From positions 32,001-96,000 of IMG/VR virus record IMGVR_UViG_3300028800_000059: DNA of 64,000 bases; one strand, given 5' to 3'. Below the pieces are notes generated by a model, which searched no databases, was not told where the DNA came from, and saw only the letters and a program-made list of their open reading frames with translations. Position 1 is the first letter of the stretch, and the number at the start of each line of letters is the position of its first letter. Origin of the DNA: a virus. The translations under genes and the position numbers were made by a program. Shown piece after piece: positions 23,687 to 33,640 of this stretch.

Positions 23687-24244
23687 CTACTGTTGAACCT
23701 GATTTGCTGGAGCCTCGTAAGGCAGCGCCAGAATATTTGGTTCCGAATAAACCGGATGTGGCTTCTTGTCCGGACCAATACACATGACCCACGTTCCAGC
23801 CGCCGCTGCCGGCATATTCAATCCATTGGGTTCAGACTGTGGAAGACGAGCCACGCCATAACGCCAGCTATCAGTAGAACCTCCGCCGGATGGCGTCACG
23901 TTGTAATACTGCATACTCTCTGGCGCCGAATATTGAGTAGCATATGGAATTGGATATCCAATTGATTCACAGAGAAACACCAGCTTTCCAGTCATAACAT
24001 TTTCACGATACGACCATGTTGCCAGATCGGCCTGGTCGCGCATTTCGTAAATCGTCTTTAGGAGACGCATTTCACGAAAATGTGTGATATTGGGCATACC
24101 AACTTCCGAGGCAGCTTCGGTCGTAATTCGATTTTGCTGATCACGTTGCAAATCGTTGGCGGTCGGCGTTGGCGTACAAGAATCTGCCGCGCAAAGAATG
24201 AAAGCCATTCCAGCCAGAGCATAACCAAGAGAACGGAATTTCAT
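23687..24244 (-). CDS. Conserved phage lipoprotein-like protein
   Basis: Signal peptide with Cys; CESIGYPIPYATQY and LPQSEPNGL..P...GTWVMC motifs. Confidence 0.7.
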   Translation of the reverse strand: MKFRSLGYALAGMAFILCAADSCTPTPTANDLQRDQQNRITTEAASEVGMPNITHFREMRLLKTIYEMRDQADLATWSYRENVMTGKLVFLCESIGYPIPYATQYSAPESMQYYNVTPSGGGSTDSWRYGVARLPQSEPNGLNMPAAAAGTWVMCIGPDKKPHPVYSEPNILALPYEAPANQVQQ

Positions 24245-24245
24245 G

Positions 24246-24581
24246 TTAGTTCACTCCCTGATCCTGTTTGACTTGCTCATAAAATGCCCGCAAGTCGGGT
24301 GGCATACGAGTTTCATCATAACTAGCGTAGTTGTGAAGGATCAAGGAACCAATCGCTGGCTTATGATCCTTGTCGGCACTAATATATTCTTCCTGCATTC
24401 TTCGAAGGTCCTGCATCATGCCTTCATTATAAGGCGCAGTATTTTCGAAAGTCTTTCGTTGAACATCGGCATATTTTGGCGCGAAATACTGATAGAGGAA
24501 GAAATCATTGCCTTGGAATAACCACGTCATTCCTAGGACAAAAACGATAACTGCTAGAAAGCCTAAAATTCCTTTGAACAT
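24246..24581 (-). CDS. Membrane-anchored partner of the lipoprotein
   Basis: N-terminal TM helix; FAPKY.DVQRKTFENT motif. Confidence 0.65.
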   Translation of the reverse strand: MFKGILGFLAVIVFVLGMTWLFQGNDFFLYQYFAPKYADVQRKTFENTAPYNEGMMQDLRRMQEEYISADKDHKPAIGSLILHNYASYDETRMPPDLRAFYEQVKQDQGVN

Positions 24582-24593
24582 TTTTATCTCCTT

Positions 24594-24779
24594 TTAAAGT
24601 TCTTTACCACTTATTGGTATTTGAGCGCCCCATCGCTTGTAAGTATATGTGAAAGGATCGAAACGGCCATTATACCAACGCTCAGCCCATTCCAGCCAAA
24701 TTCTTTCGCCGGCAAGAGTGGTTACAGGATGCCAAGCAAACCATGGCTGCCAACCAGAATCTTTTTGTTTAAGTATCAT
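24594..24779 (-). CDS. Trp-rich small phage protein (W..WFAW.PV family)
   Basis: WQPWFAWHPV...IWLEWAERW. Confidence 0.6.
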   Translation of the reverse strand: MILKQKDSGWQPWFAWHPVTTLAGERIWLEWAERWYNGRFDPFTYTYKRWGAQIPISGKEL

Positions 24780-25039
24780 TTTTGTTGTGAGTCCTGAATA
24801 ATCAATGTTACTCTTGTCTCAATTAAATCTATATTGGCTTGAAGGCAGTCCGGCATAATCTGTCTTTCTTTAGGCAATTGATTGCATTGATTGACCAAAT
24901 TCTCTAAGTGATTGATTTTATCCCAAAGAATTTCATCAGGGGATTGGATCATATTCCATTTAACTATGCCAAATACCACACATCCTAGAATAACTATGGC
25001 GGCACATAGTCCCAATCCAAACTTGGTATCTGACTCCAT
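24776..25039 (-). CDS. Membrane-anchored hypothetical protein
   Basis: N-terminal TM helix. Confidence 0.55.
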   Translation of the reverse strand: MESDTKFGLGLCAAIVILGCVVFGIVKWNMIQSPDEILWDKINHLENLVNQCNQLPKERQIMPDCLQANIDLIETRVTLIIQDSQQK

Positions 25040-25279
25040 CTACCAAACACCTTGCAGAACAATATTCTTATCTGCCAGAGCCCGGCCAACGTCTTTCAAG
25101 TCAGCCTTGGCACGACCGATTGCGGCCATGCACTGAGTTGGTGAACCTCTCCAGGCTCGTTTGATTTCTGCCATTTCATCTTCGGAACCTTCTGGTGCCC
25201 GGGCAGCATCCCAGAACCCATGTTCCTCGTACCAATTCTTCACGGCATCCCAGCTTGGGTCAACATGCTTAATCATCAT
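25040..25279 (-). CDS. Hypothetical protein
   Basis: AGGAG RBS; promoter at 25305-25333. Confidence 0.55.
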   Translation of the reverse strand: MMIKHVDPSWDAVKNWYEEHGFWDAARAPEGSEDEMAEIKRAWRGSPTQCMAAIGRAKADLKDVGRALADKNIVLQGVW

Positions 25280-25304
25280 AAACTCCTAATGTTTAATGGT
25301 GGTA

Positions 25305-25333
25305 AGTGTATCACACTTCTTCGGTAGGTTCAA
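25305..25333 (-). promoter_or_regulatory. Sigma70-type promoter TTGAAC-17-TACACT
   Basis: 17-nt spacer with extended -10. Confidence 0.6.
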
Positions 25334-25844
25334 CAGCTAATTCCAACAGATGGTGAAATTCATGACCGTTGCGAATTTCTTCACCAATGGCAATTAATTC
25401 GCCATTGAACCCTAGATACCAATCTGCATATTTCAACATCAAACGATTTGGATGGGCAAGCGGGCGAATTTTAAGAAGATATTTCATCGCCTCGCTCGGT
25501 GGCATTCCATGCTGCGCCATGACAGAAAGAGCAATTGCGGTAGACCTGGAAATTCCTGCCTCACAATTAATTAGAAGTGTATGATTTTCGTGATGGAGAA
25601 TGCCATATGTCCATTTAAGGATTTCGTTCACTTGTTCCTGTGTCGGGGAAAATTCGTGTTTATATTCGATATCATGGAACTTACGAATGATAAGACATTC
25701 TTGAATGCGCGGTGGAATAGTAAAAGACGTTCCAGGATATCCAGGAGTAGTCGGATCGAGCATCGAAAGAAGATGTGTCGGATTCACACTGCCTGCCTTT
25801 GCCAATACTTCATCGCGGCCACATACAAAGATTTTACCCTGCAT
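25311..25844 (-). CDS. Cys-dependent protein tyrosine/dual-specificity phosphatase family
   Basis: LLINCEAGISRSTAIA (CxxGxSRS); RP.AHPN..ML. Confidence 0.85.
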   Translation of the reverse strand: MQGKIFVCGRDEVLAKAGSVNPTHLLSMLDPTTPGYPGTSFTIPPRIQECLIIRKFHDIEYKHEFSPTQEQVNEILKWTYGILHHENHTLLINCEAGISRSTAIALSVMAQHGMPPSEAMKYLLKIRPLAHPNRLMLKYADWYLGFNGELIAIGEEIRNGHEFHHLLELAVEPTEEV

Positions 25845-26403
25845 TTTTTAGTGCCTCTTTGAGCGCCTTCAAAAACTTATTGCCTTCTGCGGCGCGTTTG
25901 ATTGCCTTTTCACGATTTTCTGTGTGGATTTTGATATCGTTTTTGGTTCGACGCATTGTTTCTTCCAACCATTCCATTCCACTTAATTTTGTGGGTAGGG
26001 TTGGATGATATTCATATTTTGTAGATTCTTCAATTTGTTGAAGCATGAATTTTCTTAATGCCTCTAATTCCACCGGCACCTTCCAATTCACAACTTTACT
26101 ATTCATATTCTCATATTTTTCAGAAGTGTCGCGGGCATCCAAACAACTTTGTAAATATTCTTTGTATTTTTTCTTGTGGTCTTTTTCGGCTGCCTGTTGA
26201 CAATCGGAAATTGACATGTTTCGACAACGATCCAGCGTCTTTTCGGCTTCGGCAATTTCTTCATCATCCCATGCCGTATCAGCCACGAATTTTTCTGGTA
26301 ATTGATCCATGTCATAGAAAAATGCACATGCCACCTTCGTGGCGTATTGTTTCAATGTTTTGATTCTGCCGTCTTCGATGCCGGCTGTGTATCCTGTTGG
26401 CAT
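25834..26403 (-). CDS. Conserved phage hypothetical protein
   Basis: MPTGYTA.I.DG N-terminus. Confidence 0.65.
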   Translation of the reverse strand: MPTGYTAGIEDGRIKTLKQYATKVACAFFYDMDQLPEKFVADTAWDDEEIAEAEKTLDRCRNMSISDCQQAAEKDHKKKYKEYLQSCLDARDTSEKYENMNSKVVNWKVPVELEALRKFMLQQIEESTKYEYHPTLPTKLSGMEWLEETMRRTKNDIKIHTENREKAIKRAAEGNKFLKALKEALKNAG

Positions 26404-26404
26404 T

Positions 26405-26617
26405 TTATAATCCCTTTTCTATGATGTATTCGATTGCTTTAGATGCAAAAACGTTTTCAGCATGACCACCCGTGATTCCTGCTAGTTTGCAAGAAGTCGC
26501 ATAGGCCCATGCCGGAGTGATTTTGTTTTGTGAATCCTTAAACAGTCTATCGAATAACTGCAAAGCCAGAGTTACCTTTTCATGGCATCGAGGATCGATT
26601 TCGTGTGTCATTACCAA
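26405..26617 (-). CDS. Hypothetical protein
   Basis: Tiles with neighbours. Confidence 0.5.
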   Translation of the reverse strand: MVMTHEIDPRCHEKVTLALQLFDRLFKDSQNKITPAWAYATSCKLAGITGGHAENVFASKAIEYIIEKGL

Positions 26618-26632
26618 ACAGTATATGAGAAA

Positions 26633-27235
26633 TTAAAGAGGAATACAACTGCTATCTTTTAGTTGTGTTTCCCATCCATATCTCGCCAACAAATAGGAAT
26701 CGGCTATATCACTCAAAGGCGATGTATCATAAGGTTTTTTGCCTTCATAAAAGAAGGTCTTTGCAAGATCGATGCCAGTCCATTCTTTGAATTTGATTCC
26801 CATGGCGTCTTTCTTACCACCACCAGAACCAGTTGCCCATTTTTTCAATGTTGTTGGAGGCACGTCTTCCCATACAAATTCGTTTTGATGCATGAGATAT
26901 TTTAGGATTGCCGTATTCTCGGCAATATGAAATACCTTTCCGCGAGAGCCCATCGAATATCCTTCCAGAAATATCTTGGGTCGTGTCTCACGCCAGTTAG
27001 GTCTTTCGGCAATGATGCCCATAAACAAACAAGCCAACTCGATATAACGATCCATTGGTGTTTTCCAATTGGGATATGGATGACCAACAAGCTTCTTGTG
27101 CGCGTATTTGCCTTGGTATTTTTCTTTGTCTGTGACGTAATGAATTGTGGTATTCGCCCAGTCATTCCCACCACTTAATAAGGTGAGTGCCGGACATGTC
27201 ATGCTATAATCAAAAGCCGCAATATATGGTGTCAT
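26633..27235 (-). CDS. RuvC-like Holliday junction resolvase (T4-like phage type)
   Basis: AFDYSMTCP, IFLEGYSMGS, PTTLKKWATG.G...K, DIADSY. Confidence 0.8.
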   Translation of the reverse strand: MTPYIAAFDYSMTCPALTLLSGGNDWANTTIHYVTDKEKYQGKYAHKKLVGHPYPNWKTPMDRYIELACLFMGIIAERPNWRETRPKIFLEGYSMGSRGKVFHIAENTAILKYLMHQNEFVWEDVPPTTLKKWATGSGGGKKDAMGIKFKEWTGIDLAKTFFYEGKKPYDTSPLSDIADSYLLARYGWETQLKDSSCIPL

Positions 27236-27240
27236 GCATA

Positions 27241-27247
27241 TATTTAG
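27241..27247 (-). promoter_or_regulatory. Late promoter variant CTAAATA, 5 nt from the start codon
   Basis: Matches the T4-type TATAAATA core. Confidence 0.5.
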
Positions 27248-29169
27248 CTTCCTAAATCAACAACCTCACAGGCTCCATCCGATGAACTACAGGCAAATTG
27301 CTGAGCCCCAAGCGTCATATCCGTGGCTTCGTAGTTGGCCAGTTTCTCCCAATCTACATTCTTGGGCATCTTACCAAGCCATTCCTTGTATTCTTTCTCG
27401 GTAATTTCTTGATATGGCATTTGCCGATAGGACGAATCAGAATAAGGCAAGAAAGAAATTCCAGAAATAGAATCAAAATTATTCCACACCCAGGCTGCAA
27501 CTTCTACCCATTCTTCTGGCCGAACATTGATAGTTACAGAAGGCTTGTGTTCACACCAATTATCCTGAAAAGCCTTCCAGAGGGTTAGATGATCCAATGC
27601 CGTTAAATTATCTCTAAAGACTCCTGATTTAGGGGCAACAATAGGGAAACTAAAGACCGAAGTGTATTCAGGTTTGTTGACCTCAGGCTCCCATGGGAAA
27701 CCAGCTTCTTTCATGAATTTGCAAAGCGGGTCTTTATTGTCGGCGCGCACTGTTCGAATATAAAAAGGCGAATGGCGAGGATGCATTCCAGATGCTGAGT
27801 CCACCAGTTGGCTTACAGTGCCGGATGGTTTAACACAAGTGATTGCCACTGATTGATTGATGCCTAGGTCCTTGGCCCATTTCTTGTTTATCTTGATGGC
27901 ATGATCTTTGAATTGTTCGAGCCCACCAAAAGCGGTTTCCGTTAAGAAGGAACAATCAAAAATACCCGTGATCGAAACACCAAGAAGTCTTTCTTCTTCA
28001 CAGTTTTCTTTCCATTTACGAGAAAGATATTTGAAATCTGTCAGAGTGGATTGCCAAGTTCCAAAGATCGTAGCTATTTCAATTTTTTCTTTGAGGGTTT
28101 CTGGCGTATCATCTGGACGAGCCACTACTTCGGACAGATTGCAGAATTGCTTGTTACGGAGAATGATTTCAGAACATGGATTGGTTCCAAATTCCTGATT
28201 AGGGTCGCGTCGGCCATTCTTGGCGGCCTGTTTACGCGCAGCAGCCCGCGAGAAAATTCCGCGTTCGCCTGACTTAGAATTATAGAGCGATAGCCATTCT
28301 TTCATAAACACGCCAACATCTGGCTTGTTTTCCACGACATAAGAAATATTAGCCAAGGCTCTTTGTGCATGATTTTCCCACCAGCGACCACTCTTGGCAT
28401 CGCGCATAAGATCATCATTCAAATCTGAAAGACAGATAAGAGCCGACCGGCGAACACCACCAACAACCACAATTTCAGCGATCTTGCAAACAATATCGTG
28501 AACTTCCAGTGTTGTGAGTTTACGGCCAGCAGCATTTTGAAACGTTTTTACAACGAATTTGAAAAGGTCTTCAAGAGGACCTGGACCAGATGCTCGTCCA
28601 CCAAATGTCTTTAGAGGCGCACCAGCGACACGAAGTTTGCTTGTGTCCCACTGTGGAATTTGTCCACCATAAAGCAAATGAATTATTTCTTTGAGACTTC
28701 GCGCCCAGCCTAATTTGGAATCAGCAACAACAATCGTTGTGTCGGTAGTATGAAAATCTTCGGCCACCACAGGAAGTTGATTGACGTATCTAGTTTCTAC
28801 CGAATAACCAACGCCTGTTCCATTCATCAAAATATAGAGAATTTCATCGAAGGCGCGTGGATTATCAATGGCTGTATAGGAACAATTATAGGCACAAACA
28901 TTTTCACGTTCCAATGCCGTTCCTGCGGTCATTAAACAACGCATGGAAGGCATTACCTTCAAAGTCAGGACAGCATCCTCCAGCCATTTTCGGTCGCGTG
29001 GAGATAGATCGTATTTACAATTTTCTTTTAGGTGTGTCTGGAAAAAATCGAAATATCTTTTAACAGTTTCAGGCCATGTTTCGCGTCTATTTTCATCCCA
29101 AAGCCAACGAGCATATCGCGAAGTATAGATAAAATTTTGATATTCTGTAGGAAGATATTGATTATTCAT
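27244..29169 (-). CDS. nrdJ: Class II (adenosylcobalamin-dependent) ribonucleotide reductase, monomeric type
   Basis: YARW, AYNCSY, TNPCSEI, FCNLSEV, TCVKPSGTVSQL, WCEHKPSVT, C-terminal Cys pair. Confidence 0.95.
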   Translation of the reverse strand: MNNQYLPTEYQNFIYTSRYARWLWDENRRETWPETVKRYFDFFQTHLKENCKYDLSPRDRKWLEDAVLTLKVMPSMRCLMTAGTALERENVCAYNCSYTAIDNPRAFDEILYILMNGTGVGYSVETRYVNQLPVVAEDFHTTDTTIVVADSKLGWARSLKEIIHLLYGGQIPQWDTSKLRVAGAPLKTFGGRASGPGPLEDLFKFVVKTFQNAAGRKLTTLEVHDIVCKIAEIVVVGGVRRSALICLSDLNDDLMRDAKSGRWWENHAQRALANISYVVENKPDVGVFMKEWLSLYNSKSGERGIFSRAAARKQAAKNGRRDPNQEFGTNPCSEIILRNKQFCNLSEVVARPDDTPETLKEKIEIATIFGTWQSTLTDFKYLSRKWKENCEEERLLGVSITGIFDCSFLTETAFGGLEQFKDHAIKINKKWAKDLGINQSVAITCVKPSGTVSQLVDSASGMHPRHSPFYIRTVRADNKDPLCKFMKEAGFPWEPEVNKPEYTSVFSFPIVAPKSGVFRDNLTALDHLTLWKAFQDNWCEHKPSVTINVRPEEWVEVAAWVWNNFDSISGISFLPYSDSSYRQMPYQEITEKEYKEWLGKMPKNVDWEKLANYEATDMTLGAQQFACSSSDGACEVVDLGS

Positions 29170-29380
29170 GATTGCCTTTTGTTGTTGTTTTTTTTAGAAA
29201 TGAAGGACTATTAGTCGTGGGAAAAGAAAAGTTTGACCATCAAATTTGGTGTTGTATCCAGAGAATGTTTCCATGAAAGAACATCCAGTTACCAACACCA
29301 ATAAGAGGCCGAGGATAAAATTGCGCCACCCTGTGCCGCATAGACTATTGCGAAAATTAAAATACATATGCAGCCCCAAA

Positions 29381-30406
29381 TCAGAATTTTTTCCATCGGG
29401 AGATTTCAAACTTTGCTTGAATACCTGAATATGTATATTTATCTATTAGGCCTTGTACGAAAGACGGAGAAAGATTTCCGTCCTTGATCATGTCATTGAT
29501 ATCCTTAAATCCTTCCAGTTGCTTCGGCCAAACACAAATATCAAATTTAAGATCAATAGATTTTTCCATGTTATGAACCACTTCACGATTGCGTGGCTCG
29601 TTATCATAGACCAAAACTGTATTAGGAGCGTTCACCCAACGCCTCACGTTATAAAGTGCCGAGTCGGTAGTTGCAATTCCATTTTGCAAAAACATTGCAT
29701 CGAATGGACCTTCGACAACATAAATTCTTTTTGTTAAATCGATTCTGTTCAATCCCCATACCTTAGGATTTTCTTCGTCTAATTTAATCGTGATATATTT
29801 TATGGATTTATCTACCTTTAAGAGAGAACGGCCTTGAAATCCAATCAGTAAATTGTTAGCATCAAAAAACGGGATGATAATCCTGGGTTCTTCATTAGGG
29901 AAAGTCTCCACGTCTTTGCCTGGGACCATGTGGCGCACTGTGTCCTTGAAATCAGAACAAAAGCTAATGTCGGATAAAAAATCTGTAGGAATTTTGCGAT
30001 CCAATATGTAACGAACTGCCCAGTGGTCTTTAGGTAGATCGGAGATTCTATCGCAACCAAATAAGGACCTCGCGGATCGAGGGGCGCTAATTGGAGGGTC
30101 GATCCTAACACTTCGATCTTCCGTTCTTTTGTTATCATGCTCATATTTCTCCATCACGAATTGTTTGTATAGCGTCGGGTCAAGGTGTTTTAGAAACTTA
30201 CCAAAGGTCGTTCCTGTCTCGCAATTATGACAACGAAAAAACAGATTGTTTTCCTTGCGATAGATATAGCCTCGCGCCTTCGAAGTTGATTTTTTTGAGT
30301 CGCCACAATACGGGCACCGACAATTCCATAAGAACTCGGATTTTTGTTTGAATTTGTCTAGTCTGGACGAGACCAGAGACAAGAATTTTTTATCTGTGTA
30401 TATCAT
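29381..30406 (-). CDS. 61: DNA primase (T4 gp61-like)
   Basis: CRCPYCGDS...RCHNC zinc finger; TOPRIM VVEGPFDAMF, YDNEPRN. Confidence 0.95.
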   Translation of the reverse strand: MIYTDKKFLSLVSSRLDKFKQKSEFLWNCRCPYCGDSKKSTSKARGYIYRKENNLFFRCHNCETGTTFGKFLKHLDPTLYKQFVMEKYEHDNKRTEDRSVRIDPPISAPRSARSLFGCDRISDLPKDHWAVRYILDRKIPTDFLSDISFCSDFKDTVRHMVPGKDVETFPNEEPRIIIPFFDANNLLIGFQGRSLLKVDKSIKYITIKLDEENPKVWGLNRIDLTKRIYVVEGPFDAMFLQNGIATTDSALYNVRRWVNAPNTVLVYDNEPRNREVVHNMEKSIDLKFDICVWPKQLEGFKDINDMIKDGNLSPSFVQGLIDKYTYSGIQAKFEISRWKKF

Positions 30407-30419
30407 AGGAAGACCCTGT

Positions 30420-30447
30420 ATTATAGACCTTTACAAGGCGAAGTCAA
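30420..30447 (-). promoter_or_regulatory. Sigma70-type promoter TTGACT-16-TATAAT upstream of primase
   Basis: Near-consensus hexamers. Confidence 0.65.
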
Positions 30448-30455
30448 GAAAGACT

Positions 30456-30881
30456 TTATCGTTTAGGTAGAGGCGGTAAACCTAAAGAGGCTGGCGTTTG
30501 ATTTTGAAAAAATTCAAAAAATTTGACCAAATCAATATGTCCCACAAACCACGAAAATACATAGGCACCACCAATGATCATCCAGTGCCATGTTTTCAGT
30601 TCATCGATAAAGTTACCAATGCTCTTTTTTTGTTTAAGAGTTATTCCATCATAATTGCCGTTGCCGTTTTTCTTTTTGGCAATTTTTAATTCGGTAATAT
30701 CTTCTTCAAGGTATTTGAATTTTTGCTCGTGGAGTTCTATGAGCCGAGTCAATGATTGAGAAACTCCTTCAAGTTTTTCCAAAGTCTGATCGAGTTTATC
30801 CACGACCTTACTTAGAATAATAACGTCCTTTTGGAGGCCGGCAATATTAATTGCGGTCTGAAATTCTTCATTCGACGGCAT
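30456..30881 (-). CDS. Coiled-coil membrane protein in the lysis cassette
   Basis: Heptad coiled coil plus one C-terminal TM helix; coupled to the holin gene. Confidence 0.6.
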   Translation of the reverse strand: MPSNEEFQTAINIAGLQKDVIILSKVVDKLDQTLEKLEGVSQSLTRLIELHEQKFKYLEEDITELKIAKKKNGNGNYDGITLKQKKSIGNFIDELKTWHWMIIGGAYVFSWFVGHIDLVKFFEFFQNQTPASLGLPPLPKR

Positions 30882-31492
30882 TAGTTAGTCGCACTTGGAT
30901 TAGTGAAACCTGGATTGTTTAATTGGTTCCAACGGATGATCATCGAATTAGTCAATGGTTTCTTAGTATCAGCCATTGCCTGGTCATAGGTTCTTTGTGT
31001 ATTAATGGTTTGAATTGTATTTTGAACTTGTGCCAAAAGGTCTGACGAAACAGCATTGCCAACACCTGGTTTTGCGTCAAGTAACATACGAGAACCAAAC
31101 CAGAAGCCAACAATGGCCAAAAGAATGTACCACATGTTGGATGGCATTAACGCAAGAGCGGCCATGTCAGCCGAGAATTTTACTGGATCGGCTACACAAT
31201 ACACAAACAAAGCGATAGTGCCATAAGTGAAAATAGGACGAACCAAACGATTCATTCCATCAACAAAAATATTGAACCATTCTTTCTTTTCGGGCGCGGC
31301 CATTTCGGCAGCATAAGATGCCTGCACGGCTTGTTGTTCGGCCGACATTGCAGTTTCTGTCTGTGCCGCAAGAGCGGCGGATGCTGTGTCGCGCTGAAGT
31401 TTTGATCCCCAAATAGAAGTGATAATAGTATTGATGCCACTTGCCAGAGCGCCAAAACCACCACTAAAGAAGCTTAAAAGAAAGGTCCACAT
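30881..31492 (-). CDS. Holin, 3-TM family
   Basis: RLVRPIFTY, WYILLAIVGFWFGSR; adjacent to the endolysin. Confidence 0.75.
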   Translation of the reverse strand: MWTFLLSFFSGGFGALASGINTIITSIWGSKLQRDTASAALAAQTETAMSAEQQAVQASYAAEMAAPEKKEWFNIFVDGMNRLVRPIFTYGTIALFVYCVADPVKFSADMAALALMPSNMWYILLAIVGFWFGSRMLLDAKPGVGNAVSSDLLAQVQNTIQTINTQRTYDQAMADTKKPLTNSMIIRWNQLNNPGFTNPSATN

Positions 31493-31493
31493 G

Positions 31494-32048
31494 TTAGTTG
31501 CTGGTTACTCCTGGAATTGGCTGTGAAAATGATTCGGCTCGATTAATCCAGCCAATCAAAAATACTTGTTGTGACGGATCATTCGCGACTCGATCCTTAT
31601 AATAACTCACTCGTTCCTCGACAAATGCATTAGTGAAATATGGACCCATGGCAACATAAGCCTTGGTAATTGCCCCTTGCGATTGTGGACCCAGAACACC
31701 ATCCTGATCGATTGGACCAAATCCAGCCTGATTGACTATTTGTTGCATGATCTGAATACTCCAAGCTGGACCATGAAGAATTCCTGTATCAACCGCGATT
31801 GATTGAAGGCCTGTTGGAAGAGAATCAAATCTTGGTTTCAAATAGTAATTTCGATAGTAAATTTCTTCGGCCTGATCCACACTCAAATTTCGAACATCAT
31901 CAATACTGGCTTGCCGACCCATATACGTGGAAAGAGTTCTTTGGGTAATTCCCATGTTAGTGGCACCACCAGCATCGGCCGGCTGATTAGAAAAACCACC
32001 TTCAAGAGAAATTTCTTTTTGCAATAAAACTAATACTGTTGGGTTCAT
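31494..32048 (-). CDS. Endolysin, glycoside hydrolase family 108 with peptidoglycan-binding domain
   Basis: EGGFSNQPADAGGATNMGIT, DGVLGPQS, VFLIGWINR. Confidence 0.92.
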   Translation of the reverse strand: MNPTVLVLLQKEISLEGGFSNQPADAGGATNMGITQRTLSTYMGRQASIDDVRNLSVDQAEEIYYRNYYLKPRFDSLPTGLQSIAVDTGILHGPAWSIQIMQQIVNQAGFGPIDQDGVLGPQSQGAITKAYVAMGPYFTNAFVEERVSYYKDRVANDPSQQVFLIGWINRAESFSQPIPGVTSN

Positions 32049-32299
32049 TTTAATCCTGCCAAATGTTGATGTAACATAGTAACCAATCGGTCATGGGCAT
32101 CATCGGTGGCGCCCATGTGTTTTTTAGACCCGCGATTTTGACCTTCTTCGCGGGCGCTCATAATCAAATGTTCAATGTGATGGTGGATTTCATCAGGAAG
32201 TATGCCGCCATGACTTTTGGCTTTTTGCTTCAAACTAGCCGTACCTTGGCGCGCAAAATCGGAAGATTCCTTTATAAATTTTGAATAGGTCTTACTCAC
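32045..32299 (-). CDS. Putative internal head protein
   Basis: N-terminus MSKTYSKFIKE resembles the T4 capsid-targeting sequence. Confidence 0.6.
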   Translation of the reverse strand: MSKTYSKFIKESSDFARQGTASLKQKAKSHGGILPDEIHHHIEHLIMSAREEGQNRGSKKHMGATDDAHDRLVTMLHQHLAGLK

Positions 32300-33206
32300 C
32301 GCGATCTTTCCTTCCGTATTTTAGATACTGCATTGCGCCAGTATTTTTATCTTTCAAAAGGATTGGCTTGCCTGGATTGGATCGGCCATAGGTCCTAATA
32401 TTGTCACCAATTTCATCGTCTCCTACGTATTTAGTATATTTGTGTTGTGCGCGTTTGGCTAGACGAGCTTTATGGAAGCGTTCGGTGTCTACTAGAAATA
32501 CTCTGTGACCACCAAACATTTCTTCGGATTCATTCACGGCCTTACGGCGAAACATATCTCCAATCACAGGAGAAGTATTTGCTTTTGGATTGACGCCTGG
32601 TTCGCCTTTTGGGCCCACGCCAATTCCAGCGATGGCTCCACCACCAGCAGAATTTGTTGGAGCACCACCACCTTCACCATCTTCTGATATAGGCATCTGT
32701 TTTTTGAGAGAATATATTTTGTGATTTACATCATCATCTACCGTCAATTTGGCATGAATTTCTTTGGCTAAACGAACAGCTAATATATCATAAAGCTTGA
32801 CGCGAGAATTACTTGGGCTCCATCCTTCTCCTGAAGAAAATTTTGCTTTGGATGCAGAAAATACAATATCTAAAATGTTAGGGTGTTGATCCCACCAAGT
32901 TTTTAAAATATGACCTATCGTGGAAAATATCTTTAGACTATCGGAAGTATTTCCTATTGATCCTGTTGTCCATCCACCGTTCAATTTTGCGGCAAAAGCA
33001 AACTCGGCTGATTGAGTATGGGGAACAATAGCAAAAGAAGCCAAATACTCAATTCCTTCTTTATTTTGAAAATGGTATCTATCCCGCGGTTCGGCGACAT
33101 ATGAATATGGATTGTCACCAGTTTCATCCAAAGGACCTTTGAATTGAGCGACACCAGAAACTTCTTTGAGATTGTTTTCTTTGAGGAAACTGTTATAGGA
33201 CTTCAT
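32292..33206 (-). CDS. Putative internal head polyprotein
   Basis: MKSYNSFLKE start; segments separated by ISE and VNE; TATAAATA 5 nt upstream. Confidence 0.65.
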   Translation of the reverse strand: MKSYNSFLKENNLKEVSGVAQFKGPLDETGDNPYSYVAEPRDRYHFQNKEGIEYLASFAIVPHTQSAEFAFAAKLNGGWTTGSIGNTSDSLKIFSTIGHILKTWWDQHPNILDIVFSASKAKFSSGEGWSPSNSRVKLYDILAVRLAKEIHAKLTVDDDVNHKIYSLKKQMPISEDGEGGGAPTNSAGGGAIAGIGVGPKGEPGVNPKANTSPVIGDMFRRKAVNESEEMFGGHRVFLVDTERFHKARLAKRAQHKYTKYVGDDEIGDNIRTYGRSNPGKPILLKDKNTGAMQYLKYGRKDRGE

Positions 33207-33211
33207 AACAG

Positions 33212-33219
33212 TATTTATA
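33212..33219 (-). promoter_or_regulatory. T4-type late promoter TATAAATA
   Basis: Exact 8-mer. Confidence 0.75.
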
Positions 33220-33637
33220 GGGAATTGAGTTTATCGAAGATTCCCTGATCGGTTCCTATATATTGACTTTCGATATGTTTGCCACGAATTTTACCGAGAG
33301 ATTCTGGCATGACATTTAGAAACAACAAGAAGGATTTAAGAGCCGGCCAATCAATCATTTCGTTTTCTTCACCTTCGGATAGTTTGAAGAAACAAATGCG
33401 CGAAGCGGCCCGCCATCCAAAGACGTTTCCAAGGACAATGATATGATTGAGTATCAGCCGTTCCTTGAGATTGCCTGTTAGGCGGGCGCGTTTGAAAAGT
33501 CTCTTGATGTATTTGATCCGAAGAAGGTCTTCCTCGAATTCGGATGTGACGCATCCGTTAGGTCTTGCATAGGCCTTGGCGGCATAAAGGAGAAAGTTAT
33601 CATCAGTTAGATCATCAAACAAATGGGATTCAGACAT
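33215..33637 (-). CDS. Conserved T4-like late protein (DUF7207-like)
   Basis: NFLLYAAK.Y..P.C...EF.EDL.RIKYIKRL...LKERLILNH. Confidence 0.7.
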   Translation of the reverse strand: MSESHLFDDLTDDNFLLYAAKAYARPNGCVTSEFEEDLLRIKYIKRLFKRARLTGNLKERLILNHIIVLGNVFGWRAASRICFFKLSEGEENEMIDWPALKSFLLFLNVMPESLGKIRGKHIESQYIGTDQGIFDKLNSL

Positions 33638-33640
33638 ATT

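Noticed and set aside
29194-29409. Possible small lipoprotein (LVTGC lipobox) as an o-spanin
   Set aside because: It is separated from the lysis genes by the primase and has a weak RBS, so the evidence is insufficient.
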